Origin: Takakia lepidozioides
Lineage: Eukaryota > Plantae > Bryophyta
Reading direction: 5' to 3'
DNA length: 64,000 nucleotides
Assembly (NCBI GenBank): GCA_030704615.1
Contig: CM060734.1
Coordinates: 45,384,001-45,448,000, forward strand
Under the pieces are notes generated by a model. That model was given only the letters and a program-made list of their open reading frames with translations. It did no database searches and had not been told where the DNA came from. The position numbers and the translations under genes are program-made. Positions 62,501-64,000 of this stretch are shown piece after piece. Position 1 is the first letter of the stretch. Every line of letters starts with the position of its first letter.

Positions 62501-63888
62501 AGAAAGTTGTTCCACTGGATATTCTTGTCATGCTTCTCAGTCATCCTTCTGCTGGCAGGAACTCTGTTCCAATGTCTTCTTACTTCAAAACACAATACAT
62601 GCTCAGTTGGAGGCAACCTACTTTTAGGGGCTGTCAGCCAGGTTGCCTGCATAGTGGGTCCCAGATTTGGATCCAAGACTGACCAATTACAGTTTGTGGT
62701 TAGGCTGTCTCTTGATGTACTCAATGGTATTTATTCTGTTTGATTCTTCTGTGCAGGTGCTGGCGATAGAGTATCGACCCCATGAGGATGCAGTCTCACT
62801 GTTGGCTGGTGATGATAGAGATGAAAGAAAGGTGTCGCAGTCGTCTTTGAAAGTCAAAGAAGAGGAGGGCCATGCTATGGTTGTGACAGGCCACCCCTTA
62901 GAGCCACGCACTGTGCTAGACTCACTTGTGGGGACCATTCTGTCACAAAATACTACTGATACAAATTCCAGACGAGCGTTTTCTTCCTTGAAGGCTGCAT
63001 TCCCTACTTGGGAGGAGGTATGTTAGGCTCCCTTTTGGTTGATAGATCTGGTTTCATCCAGTTGTATTCTCAGATACATTTCAAGGTGACAACCTACATC
63101 CTTTTGTCTAGGGTGTTGAAGTATCAATGAAGTTCACAGACTATGGCAATTTACAGAGTCATCTTGTTCACCTCTGTACATAGTTATAGACCAGAGAATC
63201 AACTAAAACATGTGGGTGAAACAGGTGCACAAGGCAGACTCAAAGGCCGTAGAGGACGCAATCCGATGTGGTGGATTGGCAGAAATTAAGGCAGGGCGTA
63301 TTCGTAACATTTTGGAAACTGTGTTGCATGAGCGAGGAAGAATTTGCCTAGAATATGTGCGTGACATGACCCCAGATCAGATTAAAGCAGAGCTTTCTCG
63401 CTTCAAGGGTGTCGGACCCAAGACTGTGAGCACTATCCGGAAACTCTACTTTTATGTGTGTTTATGTTTAGTGCAATATCCTCAGGTTTACTTTGTTGCA
63501 CTGGGTGTTAACTCCTAGATGTGTTAAGCCCAATTAAGCAGCAATGAACATTGAACTCGAATCAATATGTATATTGCTACCGTGTTTGGAAGCTGGAGTC
63601 ATGAAATCTTGCAATTTCTGAGAGGGTTAGAAGCTGGAAAGATTTGGGCATTGATTCCAGGCTTGTGACTCACATGTTAGTCTGTCATAGAAATGACTGA
63701 AGAGGTCAGTGCAAAAGAGAGTTATCTTCCCCACAGGGGTACTGCGGGTGGGTGGGTGGTAACGGCCATGTATTGTCACTCTTGCAATTTCTGAGTTCAA
63801 GAATTGGGTGGTGGGGCACCTGGCAATGCAGGTGGCATGTGTGCTGATGTTCCATCTTCAGCACAATGAATTCCCTGTTGACACTCAT
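59514..63888 (+). CDS. HhH-GPD DNA glycosylase (At3g47830-like), 3'-incomplete
   Basis: Exons ~59514-60273, 61799-62034, 62757-63017, 63225-63425, 63832-63888 in consistent phase. Motifs VLDSLVGTILSQNTTD.NS.RAF, AIRCGGLA..KA.RI, HhH LSRFKGVGPKT|VAC and FPVDTH. Confidence 0.9.
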
Positions 63889-64000
63889 GTAAGTTCACTA
63901 TAATCTCTTTTTCCAAAGCAAGCAGCGTCAACCTCTGACAGCAGTTGCAGCCTAGTGATAAGACCAAAGGCAAGAAGCGCAGACTTATGTAGCCTTGTGG

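Overview
This is eukaryotic nuclear DNA from a land plant. The long, regular PLS-type PPR arrays and the LINE content suggest a non-seed plant such as a bryophyte, but that is inference. Host genes: a 12-exon ABHD11-like alpha/beta hydrolase (+, ~1.1-6.7 kb); three related PLS-class PPR RNA-editing-factor loci (one with a broken DYW domain at 35.5-38.8 kb, one with an intact DYW domain at 48.1-50.4 kb, one 5' remnant at 52-53 kb); a TPLATE-complex TML gene (-, 40.4-46.8 kb) with a single damaged exon; a U6 snRNA with its Pol III promoter; an intronless apyrase; and a divergently transcribed HhH-GPD DNA glycosylase that runs off the window end. The 8-32 kb interval is a nest of transposons: Copia remnants, a PIF/Harbinger remnant, a MITE, an L1-like LINE, and a Dualen/RandI-like RLE-LINE 3' end; RTE-X-like LINE tails occur elsewhere in the window. 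The strongest candidate for a new system is the 8.8-kb Ty3/Gypsy element at 23037-31862. It has a 4-bp TSD, a dUTPase-fold domain between protease and RT, and asymmetric, circularly permuted LTR ends. The 5' LTR lacks the terminal 10-mer AGGCTTCACA, which instead appears both between the PPT and the 3' LTR (forming an internal TCACA-AA-TGTGA att-junction palindrome) and at the element's 3' end. This is the structure expected if the cDNA ends are joined and integrase then opens an internal att site.
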